Numbered from the stretch's first letter, positions 18,973 to 28,999 are shown. The stretch is DNA of 63,232 nt from an uncultured Gemmatimonas sp. (GCA_964521535.1 CAZFSA010000001.1:1-63232); one strand, 5' to 3'. Program-made: numbers and translations. Notes: generated from the sequence alone by a model not told the origin.

Positions 18973-20528
18973 CGCAGGCCGAGTATGGCGGCGCACCCCG
19001 CCTGGACGCGCTCCTGGCGCGGGCGGCGGCGACCGCCCCGGACCGGGAGGCGGTCGTGTTCGGCGGGCTCCGCTGGACCTACGCCCAGGTTCAGGACCGT
19101 GCCCGGCGGCTGGCCGGCGGGCTCAGGCGATGGGGTGTGTTGCCGGGCGATCGGGTCGCGCTCTGGGCGCCGAACCGGCCCGAATTCATGGAACTGTTCT
19201 TTGGCGTGCCACGGGCCGGCGCGGTCTTCGCGCCGCTCGACTGCTGGTGGAACTGGACCGACGCCCACGCCGCGCTGGAGCAGATCCGGCCACGGGTGCT
19301 GGTTCTCGGCCCCGCGCAGGCCGCCGCAGCGGCGGGGTCGCCGACCGCCCTGCGCGAGGTCGGAGTGGAGCAGGTGGTGTCGCTCGACGGGCCATGCGGC
19401 GGGCCCGCGCCGGGCTCGTATCAGGACCTGGTGGCCCGCTCCGAACCGCTCGACGCTCCGGTGCCCGTCGAGCCGGCAAGTGCGGCGCTGATCCTGTTCA
19501 CGTCCGGCTCGACCGGGCGATCGAAGGGGGCGGTCCATACCCACGACGGCCTGGTGACCACGGCCATGACGATGAGCGTGGAAGTGCCGTTCACCGACGG
19601 CGAACGGACTCTCCACTTTCTGCCGCTCTTCTCATCCTGCCTCGAGCACCTGCTGCCGCTCACGTTGCTCCGCGCGACCCACGTCATCCTCCCCCGGTTT
19701 GATTCGGAAGCGGTGTGGCAGACGGTGCGCGACGAACGGATCAGCCACTTCGATGCGGTCCCGACAACGCTCCGCCGCCTGCTGGACGCGCTGCCCGAGG
19801 AGATTCCCTCCTCGCTCAGATTGATCACCTACGCCTCCGAGCGCATGCCGAACGAGCTCATCAGAGCGCTGATCGAGCGCCTGCCAGGCGTCAGCTTCGT
19901 GCAGTTCTACGGGATGATCGAGCAGCTCTGCCTGACGGTCCTGGAGGCGCCGGACCAGCTCCGGAAGGTCGGAACCGTGGGACGGCCGATGCTCGGCGCC
20001 GAGCTCCGCCTGGTCGATGGAGCCGGCGAGCCCCCTGCCGCCGGCATTGCCGGCGAGATCCTGGCGCGCGGCCCGACCCTGTTCGCCGGCTACTGGAACG
20101 ACCCGCAGGCGACCGCCAACGTGGTGGGAGGCGGGTGGCTCCGAACCGGCGATCTCGGGCGGTTCGACCAGGACGGGTTCCTGGTGCTGGAGGGGCGGAT
20201 CAAGGAACTCATCAAGACCGGTGGGCTGACCGTGATCCCCGCGGAGATCGAAGCGATCCTGGCCGCGCATCCGGCGGTTCGCGAGGCGGCGGTGATCGGC
20301 GTGCCCGACCCGGAATGGGGAGAGTCGGTCCAGGCATTCGTCACGCTGAGACCGGACGGTTCCGTGAGCGACGGGGAGCTTGAGGCGTTCTGCCGGGAAC
20401 GACTCACCGGCTACAAGCGTCCCAAGGTCATTCACGTCGTCACCGATCTGCCGAGGACCGGCATCGGGAAGATCGCGCGCCGGGCGGTGCGCGACCGGGT
20501 CATGGCATCCGGGCAAGGCGGAGAGTGA
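18969..20528 (+). CDS. AMP-forming acyl-CoA synthetase/ligase
   Basis: The real gene is the 3' 520 codons of track ORF 17115..20528. ATG 18969 overlaps the upstream TGA (ATGA). Motifs LILFTSGSTGRSKG, YGMIE, TGDLG, GKIARR. Confidence 0.9.
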   Translation: MTQAEYGGAPRLDALLARAAATAPDREAVVFGGLRWTYAQVQDRARRLAGGLRRWGVLPGDRVALWAPNRPEFMELFFGVPRAGAVFAPLDCWWNWTDAHAALEQIRPRVLVLGPAQAAAAAGSPTALREVGVEQVVSLDGPCGGPAPGSYQDLVARSEPLDAPVPVEPASAALILFTSGSTGRSKGAVHTHDGLVTTAMTMSVEVPFTDGERTLHFLPLFSSCLEHLLPLTLLRATHVILPRFDSEAVWQTVRDERISHFDAVPTTLRRLLDALPEEIPSSLRLITYASERMPNELIRALIERLPGVSFVQFYGMIEQLCLTVLEAPDQLRKVGTVGRPMLGAELRLVDGAGEPPAAGIAGEILARGPTLFAGYWNDPQATANVVGGGWLRTGDLGRFDQDGFLVLEGRIKELIKTGGLTVIPAEIEAILAAHPAVREAAVIGVPDPEWGESVQAFVTLRPDGSVSDGELEAFCRERLTGYKRPKVIHVVTDLPRTGIGKIARRAVRDRVMASGQGGE

Positions 20529-20535
20529 GGGTGCG

Positions 20536-20919
20536 ATGGAGGGCACGATTCGAGTCCGGATGTCCACCGCCGACGGCCACTACGGCGGCGGCCTCGTGGC
20601 TGGCGCCAGGATCCTGGAGCTGTTCGGCGACGCTCTGACCGAGGCCCTGATCCGCCACGACGGCGACGAGGGACTGACCCGGACCCAGAACGCCGAGTTC
20701 CTCGCGCCGGTGCACTGCGGGGACTACCTCGAGGTCCGGGCGAGGCTGCTCTCGATCGGCAGGTCGTCGCGCCAGTTCGAGTGTACGGCGCACAAGCTGA
20801 TCGCGCTCCGGAGCCCGGACGACTCGGCCGCCGAGGTCCTCGCCGAGCCACTGCTGGTCGCCAGGGCGACGGGGGTCGCGGTGGTCCCGGTGCCAAAGCA
20901 ACGAGCATCGGAGCAATGA
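20536..20919 (+). CDS. hotdog-fold protein, 3-aminobutyryl-CoA ammonia-lyase-like
   Basis: 127 aa: MEGTIRVRMSTADGHYGGGLVAGARILELFGDALTEALIRHDGDEGL...EFLAPVHCGDYLEV. This resembles (from memory) Kal-type hotdog proteins. Family assignment unverified. Confidence 0.75.
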   Translation: MEGTIRVRMSTADGHYGGGLVAGARILELFGDALTEALIRHDGDEGLTRTQNAEFLAPVHCGDYLEVRARLLSIGRSSRQFECTAHKLIALRSPDDSAAEVLAEPLLVARATGVAVVPVPKQRASEQ

Positions 20920-21866
20920 CTGCGGTCGAGGAGCTGCTGGCCGGGGCCCGCGCCGGACGGATCGCCGCGACGGCCCGACTCCTCTCCATCGTCGAGAACC
21001 ACGATCCGGAGGTGGCGGACGTCGTGCGCGCAACCATGTCCCACGCCCCCCGCGCGGCCCGGATCGGCATCACCGGCCCGCCTGGGGCCGGCAAGAGCAC
21101 GCTGGTGTCCGCCCTGGTGGCAGCCTACCGGCGCACGGTCCCGCGGGTTGCCGTCGTCGCGGTCGATCCCTCCAGCCCGTACACCGGCGGCGCCATTCTT
21201 GGCGATCGGATCCGGATGCGCGACCGCGCGCTCGATCCCGGAGTCTACTTCCGCAGCATGTCGAACCGCGGCACCTCGGGCGGGCTCGCCAGGGCGACCC
21301 GGCGGATCGTCGACGTCCTGGACGCCGTCGGGTTCGACGTGATCCTGGTGGAGACGGTCGGCGCCGGGCAGCAGGAGGTCGACGTCGCGAGGGTCGCCGA
21401 TACGGTATGCCTGCTCGCCATTCCCGGCGCGGGCGACGACGTCCAGGCCATCAAGGCCGGGATCCTGGAGGTCGCGGACATCGTGGTGGTCAACAAGGCC
21501 GATCGCCCCGGCGCCGAGGAGACCGCCAGGGACCTGATCCACACTCTGAACCTCGGCGCTCCCCGTACCGACTGGAAGACGCCGGTCATCAGGACCTCGG
21601 CGATCGAGGGAGCCGGGATCGAGGACCTGGTCGCGGCGGTCGCCCGGCATCGCGAGTGGGCTATCGGATCGGGAGCGGCGCAACGTCGGCGCGCCGAGGG
21701 CATCCGGATCGAGCTGGAGGGGCTGATCCGGGAGCGGGTCCTGAGCGACCTCGCCCGCCGCATCGGCTCGGAGGCCCTGGATCTCGCGGTCTCGCGGGTG
21801 GTCGAACGGCAGCTCGACCCCTACGACGCAGTTGACCTGCTTCTGACAGGGAATTCATCCGAATGA
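20916..21866 (+). CDS. meaB: MeaB/ArgK-type G-protein chaperone for B12 mutases
   Basis: P-loop GITGPPGAGKST, VETVGAGQ, NKAD. ATG 20916 overlaps the upstream TGA (ATGA). Confidence 0.9.
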   Translation: MTAVEELLAGARAGRIAATARLLSIVENHDPEVADVVRATMSHAPRAARIGITGPPGAGKSTLVSALVAAYRRTVPRVAVVAVDPSSPYTGGAILGDRIRMRDRALDPGVYFRSMSNRGTSGGLARATRRIVDVLDAVGFDVILVETVGAGQQEVDVARVADTVCLLAIPGAGDDVQAIKAGILEVADIVVVNKADRPGAEETARDLIHTLNLGAPRTDWKTPVIRTSAIEGAGIEDLVAAVARHREWAIGSGAAQRRRAEGIRIELEGLIRERVLSDLARRIGSEALDLAVSRVVERQLDPYDAVDLLLTGNSSE

Positions 21867-21873
21867 GGCGCCC

Positions 21874-23799
21874 GTGATCCCTGATGCCGCCCCCCTGCGA
21901 ACCGTCGTTGCGAGACTGCTGCTCCTCGGCGTCGCTGCCGCTCCGGCCGCGGCCCAGACGCCACGGCCCCGGCCGTTCAACGACATCCCGGGGAACTTCG
22001 CGGTCCGCGTCCTCCCCGAGCAGGTCGTCAGGCGCGTGGTCATGATCCCGATGCGCGATGGCGTGAGGCTCCAGACGTTCATCATCGTCCCCAGGGGCGC
22101 GCAGGGCGCGGCCATGATTCTGGAGCGGACGCCCTACAATGCCGCGATCTTCGGGCGCAACCCGGCGGCGGACCCGCTGATCCAGGCCGGCTACATTCGC
22201 GTGTATCAGGACGTCCGCGGCAAGTACGGATCCGAGGGTGACTACGTCCTGACCCGTCCGGCCCGAGGCCCGCTGAATCCGACCGGCGTCGACCACTCGA
22301 CCGATGCCTGGGACACCATCGACTGGCTGGTGAAGCACGTCGCGGAGTCGAACGGGCGGGTCGGCATGATCGGCAGCTCGTACGACGGCTTTACGGCCGC
22401 GATGGCGCTGCTCGAGCCGCATCCCGCCTTACGGGCTGTCGTCCCCCAGGGGCCGGTGCTCGACGGGTGGATGGGTGACGACTGGTTCCACTACGGCGCC
22501 TTTCGCAACATGATGCTGGGCTACATCCACTCCCAGACCGCGCAGCGCGGATCGGGCGTGATCACGCCCAGCAATACCTATGACAAGTACGAGGAGTTCC
22601 TGCGCGCCGGTTCGACCGGCGACTACATCCGGGCCAACGGCCTCGACCAGCTCCCGTGGGTCGCCCGGACCATGGCCCACCCGGCGTACGATGCCTACTG
22701 GCAGGGACAGGCGGTCGACAAGCTGCTGGCGACTCGCCCGTCAGGGGTTCCCACGCTCTGGACTCAGGGCCTCTGGGATCAGGAGGACATGTACGGTGCG
22801 AACCACGCCTGGCGCGCCCTCAAGGCGGCCGGCCTCGAGGCCACGAACTGGCTGGTGCTGGGCCCCTGGAACCACGTTCAGGTCGGCGGCACCGGAGCGT
22901 CGCTCGGGCCCCTGGTCTGGGGCGAGGAGACGGCCAGCATCTACCGCCGGGACATGTTGCTTCCCTTCTTCAACGAGCATCTCCGCGGCGGCCCACCCGC
23001 CGGCCTGGCTCGGGCGGCGGTCTACAACACCGGGGAGAAACGCTGGGAGCGCTTTGCCACCTGGCCCACGGCCTGCGATCGCGGCTGTGCCACGCCGCTC
23101 ACGCCGCTCTATCTCGGCCCCGGGTTCAGCCTGTCGTTCGACGCTCCCACGCAGCCCGGCGGTGGCGACAGCTATACCAGCGATCCCGCCAGGCCAGTAC
23201 CCTTCCTCCCCCGCCCCGTCGTCGATCCCTTCGCCGAGCTTGGCGCCGGATCGCTCGGCAGCCCCTACGAGCCGTGGAGCAGGTGGCTGGTGCATGACCA
23301 GCGATTCGTGGAGGGCCGGCCCGACGTGCTCGTCTATGAAACGCCGGTTCTGACGGCCCCGGTGCGGGTGCAGGGCATTCCCATCGCCGAGATCCGCGCC
23401 CAGACCACGGGCACCGACCTGGATCTCGTGGTCAAGCTCATCGACGTCTACCCGAAGTACGATCCGGTCAACCCGGCGCTCAGCGGCTATCAGCTGCCGA
23501 TCGCGATGGACATCTTCCGCGGCCGCTACCGCGAGAGCTTCGAGCACCCGGCGGCGATCCCGCCGAATACCCCCCAACGGTTCCGGTTCGAACTGCCCAA
23601 CGTCAACCACGTCTTCAAGCCGGGACACCGGATCATGATCCAGATCCAGTCGACCCTCTTCCCGCTGTACGACCGGAATCCCCAGACCTTCGTGCCGAAC
23701 ATCTTCGATGCGAAACCGGAAGACTACCGCAAGGCCGAGATCACGATTCTGCGTTCCCGGGCGCAGGCCTCGGCGGTGCTGCTGCCGGTCGTGAACTGA
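21874..23799 (+). CDS. CocE/NonD family hydrolase (S15 Xaa-Pro dipeptidyl-peptidase-like), secreted
   Basis: 641 aa with a signal peptide and the nucleophile elbow GMIGSSYDG. The C-terminal beta-sandwich region (…FKPGHRIMIQIQSTLFPLYDRNPQ) is typical of the family. Confidence 0.88.
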   Translation: MIPDAAPLRTVVARLLLLGVAAAPAAAQTPRPRPFNDIPGNFAVRVLPEQVVRRVVMIPMRDGVRLQTFIIVPRGAQGAAMILERTPYNAAIFGRNPAADPLIQAGYIRVYQDVRGKYGSEGDYVLTRPARGPLNPTGVDHSTDAWDTIDWLVKHVAESNGRVGMIGSSYDGFTAAMALLEPHPALRAVVPQGPVLDGWMGDDWFHYGAFRNMMLGYIHSQTAQRGSGVITPSNTYDKYEEFLRAGSTGDYIRANGLDQLPWVARTMAHPAYDAYWQGQAVDKLLATRPSGVPTLWTQGLWDQEDMYGANHAWRALKAAGLEATNWLVLGPWNHVQVGGTGASLGPLVWGEETASIYRRDMLLPFFNEHLRGGPPAGLARAAVYNTGEKRWERFATWPTACDRGCATPLTPLYLGPGFSLSFDAPTQPGGGDSYTSDPARPVPFLPRPVVDPFAELGAGSLGSPYEPWSRWLVHDQRFVEGRPDVLVYETPVLTAPVRVQGIPIAEIRAQTTGTDLDLVVKLIDVYPKYDPVNPALSGYQLPIAMDIFRGRYRESFEHPAAIPPNTPQRFRFELPNVNHVFKPGHRIMIQIQSTLFPLYDRNPQTFVPNIFDAKPEDYRKAEITILRSRAQASAVLLPVVN

Positions 23800-23811
23800 C
23801 TGGGGGGAGCC

Positions 23812-24726
23812 TCAGCGGGGCTGCTCGGCCTTCTTGCGAAGGTGCCGGGCGATCCCGTACCAGCTGGCCTTGAAGTCGGAGAAGGCCGCCGACGCCGCGA
23901 TGGCGTCCGGCGACGCCTTGTCGGCAAGCCAGCCGGAGACCCAATCATGAAACGCTGCCGCCCGTTCTGAATCCGGTCCCGCGGCGTCCAGGAAGCGCTC
24001 GGCGGCCTCGGTCCAGTCCCGAAGCCCCTGCCGCAGCTGGGCGAAATGGACGCCAAGCCTGTCGGAGAACCCGAAATGGGTGGAAAACACCCGGCGCGGC
24101 TTCCAGGCCTCCACCGCGTCGAGGCTGGCCAGCCACTTCTCCGGATCGAAATCGGGCGGCGGTGTGACCGGGATGGCATAGGGCAGCGCCGGTACCCGGA
24201 TGCCGCCCACGTCGCCGACGTACGCCGTCTCGTCGGCGCGTTCGAAGTAGGCGACGTGATGGGACGCGTGCCCCGGGGTGTAGAGTACCTCGAACGACCG
24301 ACCGCCAAGCGAGAGGTGCTCGCCCCCCGTGAGCGGGCGTACCTGGGCGGCCGGTACCGGGAGAAACGGGCCCCAGAGGTAGTCCATCTGGTCGCCGAAG
24401 ACCTGGGTGGCGCTTGCCAGGAGCTTGGTCGGGTCGATCAGGTGCGGCGCGCCGCGTTCGTGAACGTAGACCGGAAGTCCGGGATGCTCGGCGCAGACGA
24501 GGCCGATCGCCCCCGCGTGATCGAAGTGGATGTGCGACAGCAGGACGGCGTGGAGGTCGGTGACCCGAAGGCCCAGAGACGCGAGGCCGGAGTGGAGATT
24601 GGCGAGAGTGGAGCCCGGACCGGTGTCGATCAGAACGGGCCCGGCGGCCGTGCGCAGGACCCGCGACGCGACGTAGCCTTCGCGACCCAGGTGTCGGAGA
24701 TCGATGGTTGCATCGGTCATGGGCAC
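23812..24726 (-). CDS. MBL-fold metallo-hydrolase
   Basis: HxHxDH motif (LSHIHFDHAG), 304 aa. Confidence 0.88.
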   Translation of the reverse strand: MPMTDATIDLRHLGREGYVASRVLRTAAGPVLIDTGPGSTLANLHSGLASLGLRVTDLHAVLLSHIHFDHAGAIGLVCAEHPGLPVYVHERGAPHLIDPTKLLASATQVFGDQMDYLWGPFLPVPAAQVRPLTGGEHLSLGGRSFEVLYTPGHASHHVAYFERADETAYVGDVGGIRVPALPYAIPVTPPPDFDPEKWLASLDAVEAWKPRRVFSTHFGFSDRLGVHFAQLRQGLRDWTEAAERFLDAAGPDSERAAAFHDWVSGWLADKASPDAIAASAAFSDFKASWYGIARHLRKKAEQPR

Positions 24727-24766
24727 AGAATACTCACGGCGGGAGGCCAGCGGAACCAGCCGCCGC

Positions 24767-26419
24767 TCATCTCCGGACCAACCGGGCGTCCATCAGGACC
24801 CAGTTGTTCGGATCGAGGACGATCCGTGCGGGGGCAAACCCCACGGGAATCCTGAACTCGTTCCGTCGGCGATCCACCTGTACCCGGTGCAGGACCGGCT
24901 TCCCCTCCGCAGGGTAGATCGCGACCTCGACCGGCATCGTAAACAGGCTCCCGTCCTCCTGCACCTGCTCGAGGCCGAGGACCACTTCCCGCCTCGCCGT
25001 ATCGTAGCGCCAGGTCCCGCTGAGCTGCAGCGCACCCGGCCGGTACAGCCATTGCTCGAAGAACTCCTTCAAATCCAGGCCGGATGCCTCCTCCATCTCC
25101 TGCCGGAAGTCCGTCGTCGTGGCATTCCCGTTCAGGTACTTTCGATAGTACGACCGGATTCCCTTCCAGAAATGCTCCGTCCCGACCACGCCGCGCAGCA
25201 TGTGCAGGACCCACGCGCCCTTCTGATAGGTGTGCGAACTCGTGACCTGGCTCATGTCCTTCAGGTTGTCGTGCACGATCCGATACTGCGGGTTCCGTTC
25301 GTGGAACGCCATGACGACCTTCCGGCTCTCGGCGAGTCCCGCCTGGAAGGCGTCCTGCCCGTAGGCGTGCTCGATGAACAGCAGCGTGAAGTAGGTCGCG
25401 AATCCCTCGCTGAGCCAGACATCGTCCCAGTCGTACTCGGTCACGGCGTTCCCGAACCATTGGTGAGCGATCTCGTGGATCACCACGTTCCGCCAGCGTT
25501 CGTTCCGGTCGCCCACCACCGCGTTCTCGCTGTAGAGGATCGCCGACGCCGCCTCCATCCCGCCGCTGACGCTGTTCGACTGGATGTTGGCCAGCTTCTC
25601 GTAGGCGAACGGTCCGACATGGCTGCTGTAGAACTCCAGCACCTGCCTGGTCGGCACCGCAAAATCGTGGAAGCCGGCGTCGCGGTCCTGGTAGTACACC
25701 CAGGTTTCGATCGACGTGTGGTCGAATCGGTCCACGTACTGCACCGCGAACCTGGCCACGCCAAGGACATACAGCCAGGAGGCGATCGGCACCGACTGCC
25801 TCCAGTGTGTCAGCCTCATCCCCCCAGGCAGATCGGTTTGCTCGATCCTCAACCCGTTCGAGACCACCTGGTAGTGAGCGGGCGCGGTGACGATGAACTC
25901 GCAGGTTGCCTTGTCGTACGGGTGATCGACGATCGGCAGCCAGTGCCGGCCCTTGTCCGGCCAGTTGTCGCTGAAGAAGGTCCGGTCGCCATGCTTGTTC
26001 GGGGCGATCTTGAGACCCGAAGCGGGCACCCCGGAGTAGGTGATCACGTAGCTCCCGCGCTGGCCGCGCCGGGACGGCGCCGGCAGCGTGATTCGGAGTT
26101 CCTCTCCTTCGTGGACAAAGGACAGGGCCTGGCCGTCGGACTCGACCCTGGCCACCGTCATTCCCCTTCCGCCGAGCGAGGGCGAGGCCTTCACGAGGTC
26201 GAGCCGCAGAACGGCCACGCCGTCCCCGCGGTAGCGGACCTCGACCGTCGCCTCGGCGTCGATGGCGTCGGCGCGATCGGAGAGCGTGATCCGAAAGACA
26301 TAGTTCAGGACATCGATGTTTGGGTTCTTGGGGTACTCGTCTCCCCAGGCCGAGACCGGAAGCGACAGCGCCAGAACGAGCGCGGGCAGCGTTCGCATGA
26401 GACTAGCGGCGGGCGGCAA
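24767..26419 (-). CDS. M1 family aminopeptidase, secreted
   Basis: Signal peptide, HEIAHQWFGN-x-WLSEGFATY (HExxH-x18-E), and an upstream GGMEA exopeptidase-like motif. Confidence 0.9.
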   Translation of the reverse strand: MPPAASLMRTLPALVLALSLPVSAWGDEYPKNPNIDVLNYVFRITLSDRADAIDAEATVEVRYRGDGVAVLRLDLVKASPSLGGRGMTVARVESDGQALSFVHEGEELRITLPAPSRRGQRGSYVITYSGVPASGLKIAPNKHGDRTFFSDNWPDKGRHWLPIVDHPYDKATCEFIVTAPAHYQVVSNGLRIEQTDLPGGMRLTHWRQSVPIASWLYVLGVARFAVQYVDRFDHTSIETWVYYQDRDAGFHDFAVPTRQVLEFYSSHVGPFAYEKLANIQSNSVSGGMEAASAILYSENAVVGDRNERWRNVVIHEIAHQWFGNAVTEYDWDDVWLSEGFATYFTLLFIEHAYGQDAFQAGLAESRKVVMAFHERNPQYRIVHDNLKDMSQVTSSHTYQKGAWVLHMLRGVVGTEHFWKGIRSYYRKYLNGNATTTDFRQEMEEASGLDLKEFFEQWLYRPGALQLSGTWRYDTARREVVLGLEQVQEDGSLFTMPVEVAIYPAEGKPVLHRVQVDRRRNEFRIPVGFAPARIVLDPNNWVLMDARLVRR

Positions 26420-27851
26420 GGGGCAGCGAAACGGGCGGTCGGAGCGCGATCAGACCCGTCTCGCTGATCGTGGCTTCCACGTCGCGGACCCGGGACGGAA
26501 CGAACCCACTGAGATTCTCCACGCCGTCCTCGGTTACCAGTGCCACGTCTTCGATCCGGATGTACAGGCGTTCCTCGTGGATCCAGATCATCGGGTCGAT
26601 GGTGAAGACCATCCCGGGCTGAAGCGGCACGCCGCGCACCCGGCCGACGTCATGGACGGCCATGCCCACCGAATGCTGGAAGTGTCCCCGGAACCTGAGC
26701 CCCGCTTCGACCGCCTTCCGGTGCGCCGGGTTCGCGAAGGTCCTGCCTGCAAGGTACTGGCTCATGTCGGCCGCGGCCCGGTCCAGCACCTCGTCCGAGG
26801 TGACCCCGGGCTTGACGTATCGGAACAGCGCGTCGCGATAGGCGACGATGAACTCGTACAGTTCCCGCTGCTCGGCGGTGAACCTGCCGTTCACCGGCCA
26901 GATGCGGGTGACGTCGCTGGTGTAATAGCGATAGTCCGGCGCATAGTCCATCAGCACCAGGTCGCCATCCCGCAGCGGGTCGGCCTTGTGGAAGTAGTGC
27001 CCGATGTACGCGTTGGGTCCCCCGGCGACGATCGAGGCGTAGCCGTCGCCCCGCGCTCCCTGGACGTGGAAGACGTACTTGGCGACCGCATCGAGCTGGT
27101 ACTCGTAGACCCCGGGCGTCGTGGAACGCATGGCCTCCATCAGGCCGAGGCCGGCAATCTGGGTCGCCTTCCGGATGAGGTCGATCTCCGCCGGACTCTT
27201 GATCAGCCGCAGGGCATCGAGGATGGGCGAGAGATCGCGAATCTCGGATTGCGGGAAGCGCTCCCGCAGCCTCTGCACGAACAGCGCCTCCCGGGCGGGG
27301 CGCCCGTCCCAGGGATCGGCGGCAGCCCGGGCCTGGGCATAGAGGAGCTCGTCCCGGCTGTCGTTGCCGGTCTCTGCCGGGCTGAGTTCGGTGTACAGCG
27401 GCGGCGCGGGGGGGTGAAGCAGGCCCGCGCCCACCAGGTCGGCCGAGAGGAACTCAATGCCCTTGACGTGATCCACTCCCACGAGACTCCTGACCAGTTC
27501 GCCGTCCTCGGCCGACAGCACCTTGCCCTCGCTGGCTTCGGCGCCTGGATCCCGGTGGGGCAGATAGAGCGTGGCCTGCCGGGATCTGCCGTTCAGCAGC
27601 AGGTAGGCATGACGTGTCTCCAGACCGGTCAGATAGTAGAAGGTGTTGCTCTGGCGGAAGACGCTGAACCCCGGGATCCCGCTGGCGCCCTGAATCAGCG
27701 CGAGGGCATCGCTCCCGATGGCGTCAAGGACCCGCGACCGTCGCTGCGCGAGTTCCTCCCGGGCGAAGTCGGTCTGGTAGCGGTGGCTCTCCTGGGCAAC
27801 GGACGAACCAACGGCCAGGAGCAGGCACGGGATGGCGAGAAGACGCTTCAT
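26403..27851 (-). CDS. M24 family Xaa-Pro aminopeptidase, secreted
   Basis: The real gene is the 3' 482 codons of track ORF 26403..28196 (ATG 27851, MKRLLAIPCLLLAVGSSVAQ). Metal ligand context DYAPDYRYYTSDVTR, HSVGMAVHD, IEDVALVTEDG. Confidence 0.88.
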   Translation of the reverse strand: MKRLLAIPCLLLAVGSSVAQESHRYQTDFAREELAQRRSRVLDAIGSDALALIQGASGIPGFSVFRQSNTFYYLTGLETRHAYLLLNGRSRQATLYLPHRDPGAEASEGKVLSAEDGELVRSLVGVDHVKGIEFLSADLVGAGLLHPPAPPLYTELSPAETGNDSRDELLYAQARAAADPWDGRPAREALFVQRLRERFPQSEIRDLSPILDALRLIKSPAEIDLIRKATQIAGLGLMEAMRSTTPGVYEYQLDAVAKYVFHVQGARGDGYASIVAGGPNAYIGHYFHKADPLRDGDLVLMDYAPDYRYYTSDVTRIWPVNGRFTAEQRELYEFIVAYRDALFRYVKPGVTSDEVLDRAAADMSQYLAGRTFANPAHRKAVEAGLRFRGHFQHSVGMAVHDVGRVRGVPLQPGMVFTIDPMIWIHEERLYIRIEDVALVTEDGVENLSGFVPSRVRDVEATISETGLIALRPPVSLPLAARR

Positions 27852-28195
27852 GATGGCACCGGAACGCGCGACGGGTCTCGGCAACGAGACCGACACAGGA
27901 TGGAAGATGGCTCCTTGCCGGCCCAGCATCCGGGCATCAGAAGTGGGGATCGGCACCTCGATCGGCCGGCGCAAGGGACGAGGGGCAAGGTACGGGCAGC
28001 CGGCGGGGCCGTCCAGACCGCCCCGGGGGAGCCAGCCCGAGGGCGGATCGGACGCACCAATGCGCCGACCAGGCCGTCGCTCCGCGGTAGCGAGCGGGGT
28101 GGCGGCACTACAGCAGTCGCCGTACCTTGGCTCGACCGGGAGTTCGAGCCCTCGCGGCTCGCGGCCACGGACGTGTCCTTCCAGGAGCCTCGCCA

Positions 28196-28975
28196 ATGCA
28201 TCGCACGCTCGTCGCCGTCGCGTTGGCAGTCGCCGCCTCCGCCTGCCGCCCGGCCGGGCCGCCGCCGGCCAAGCCGCCGGCCGAGGCCCAGGTCCCGGTC
28301 ATCGGCAAGACCGAGGTCCGGAGCCTCCGATCGAACATCGTGGCCCAGGAGTATCGACTGTTCATTGCCCACCCCTCGCCAGCCGGGCCGCCGGGCACGA
28401 AGTATCCGGTCGTCGCGCCGATCGCGCGGTCGGGTGGGGCCCCGGCCTTCCTTCGCTTCATTCGCGAGGAGCTGAAGCCCTTCGTCGACTCGACCCTCCC
28501 CGTCGATCCGGGCAACGCCACGCTCATCGGGCACTCGTTCGGAGGCCTCTTCGCGACCTACGTGCTGCTGCACCATCCGGACACCTTCCAGCGGTACGTC
28601 ATCGGCAGCCCCTCGATCTGGTGGCATGGGCGGGTGTCGTTCGAGTTCGAGAAGGCGTACGCGGCGGCGAACCGCGATCTCCCCGCGCGGGTGTTTGTCG
28701 CGGCGGGCGGGCTCGAGACGGCGGAGGAATTCAAACGGACCGCGTCCCAGTTCCCCGAATCGATGCAGGCAGCGATCGCCGAGTGGGAACGAACGACGGG
28801 CCCGCCCCAGATGGTCGAACTGATCGGCCCGTTCGAGCGGGCGCTCAGGGGGCGTCGCTACCCGGGCCTCTCGCTGACGACCCACATCTACCCGGGCGAG
28901 ACCCACACGTCGGTGTTGCCCGGATTGATCGCCCGCGGGCTCAGGGTGGTGTTCGGGACGTACAGCGGGGGCTGA
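28196..28975 (+). CDS. alpha/beta hydrolase (putative esterase family) lipoprotein
   Basis: ATG 28196 gives MHRTLVAVALAVAASAC|RP (lipobox). Nucleophile elbow GHSFGG and the following ...YVIGSPSIWW are typical of IroE/esterase-D-like proteins. Confidence 0.8.
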   Translation: MHRTLVAVALAVAASACRPAGPPPAKPPAEAQVPVIGKTEVRSLRSNIVAQEYRLFIAHPSPAGPPGTKYPVVAPIARSGGAPAFLRFIREELKPFVDSTLPVDPGNATLIGHSFGGLFATYVLLHHPDTFQRYVIGSPSIWWHGRVSFEFEKAYAAANRDLPARVFVAAGGLETAEEFKRTASQFPESMQAAIAEWERTTGPPQMVELIGPFERALRGRRYPGLSLTTHIYPGETHTSVLPGLIARGLRVVFGTYSGG

Positions 28976-28999
28976 CGGCTTCCCGCCCTCCGCGGCGCC

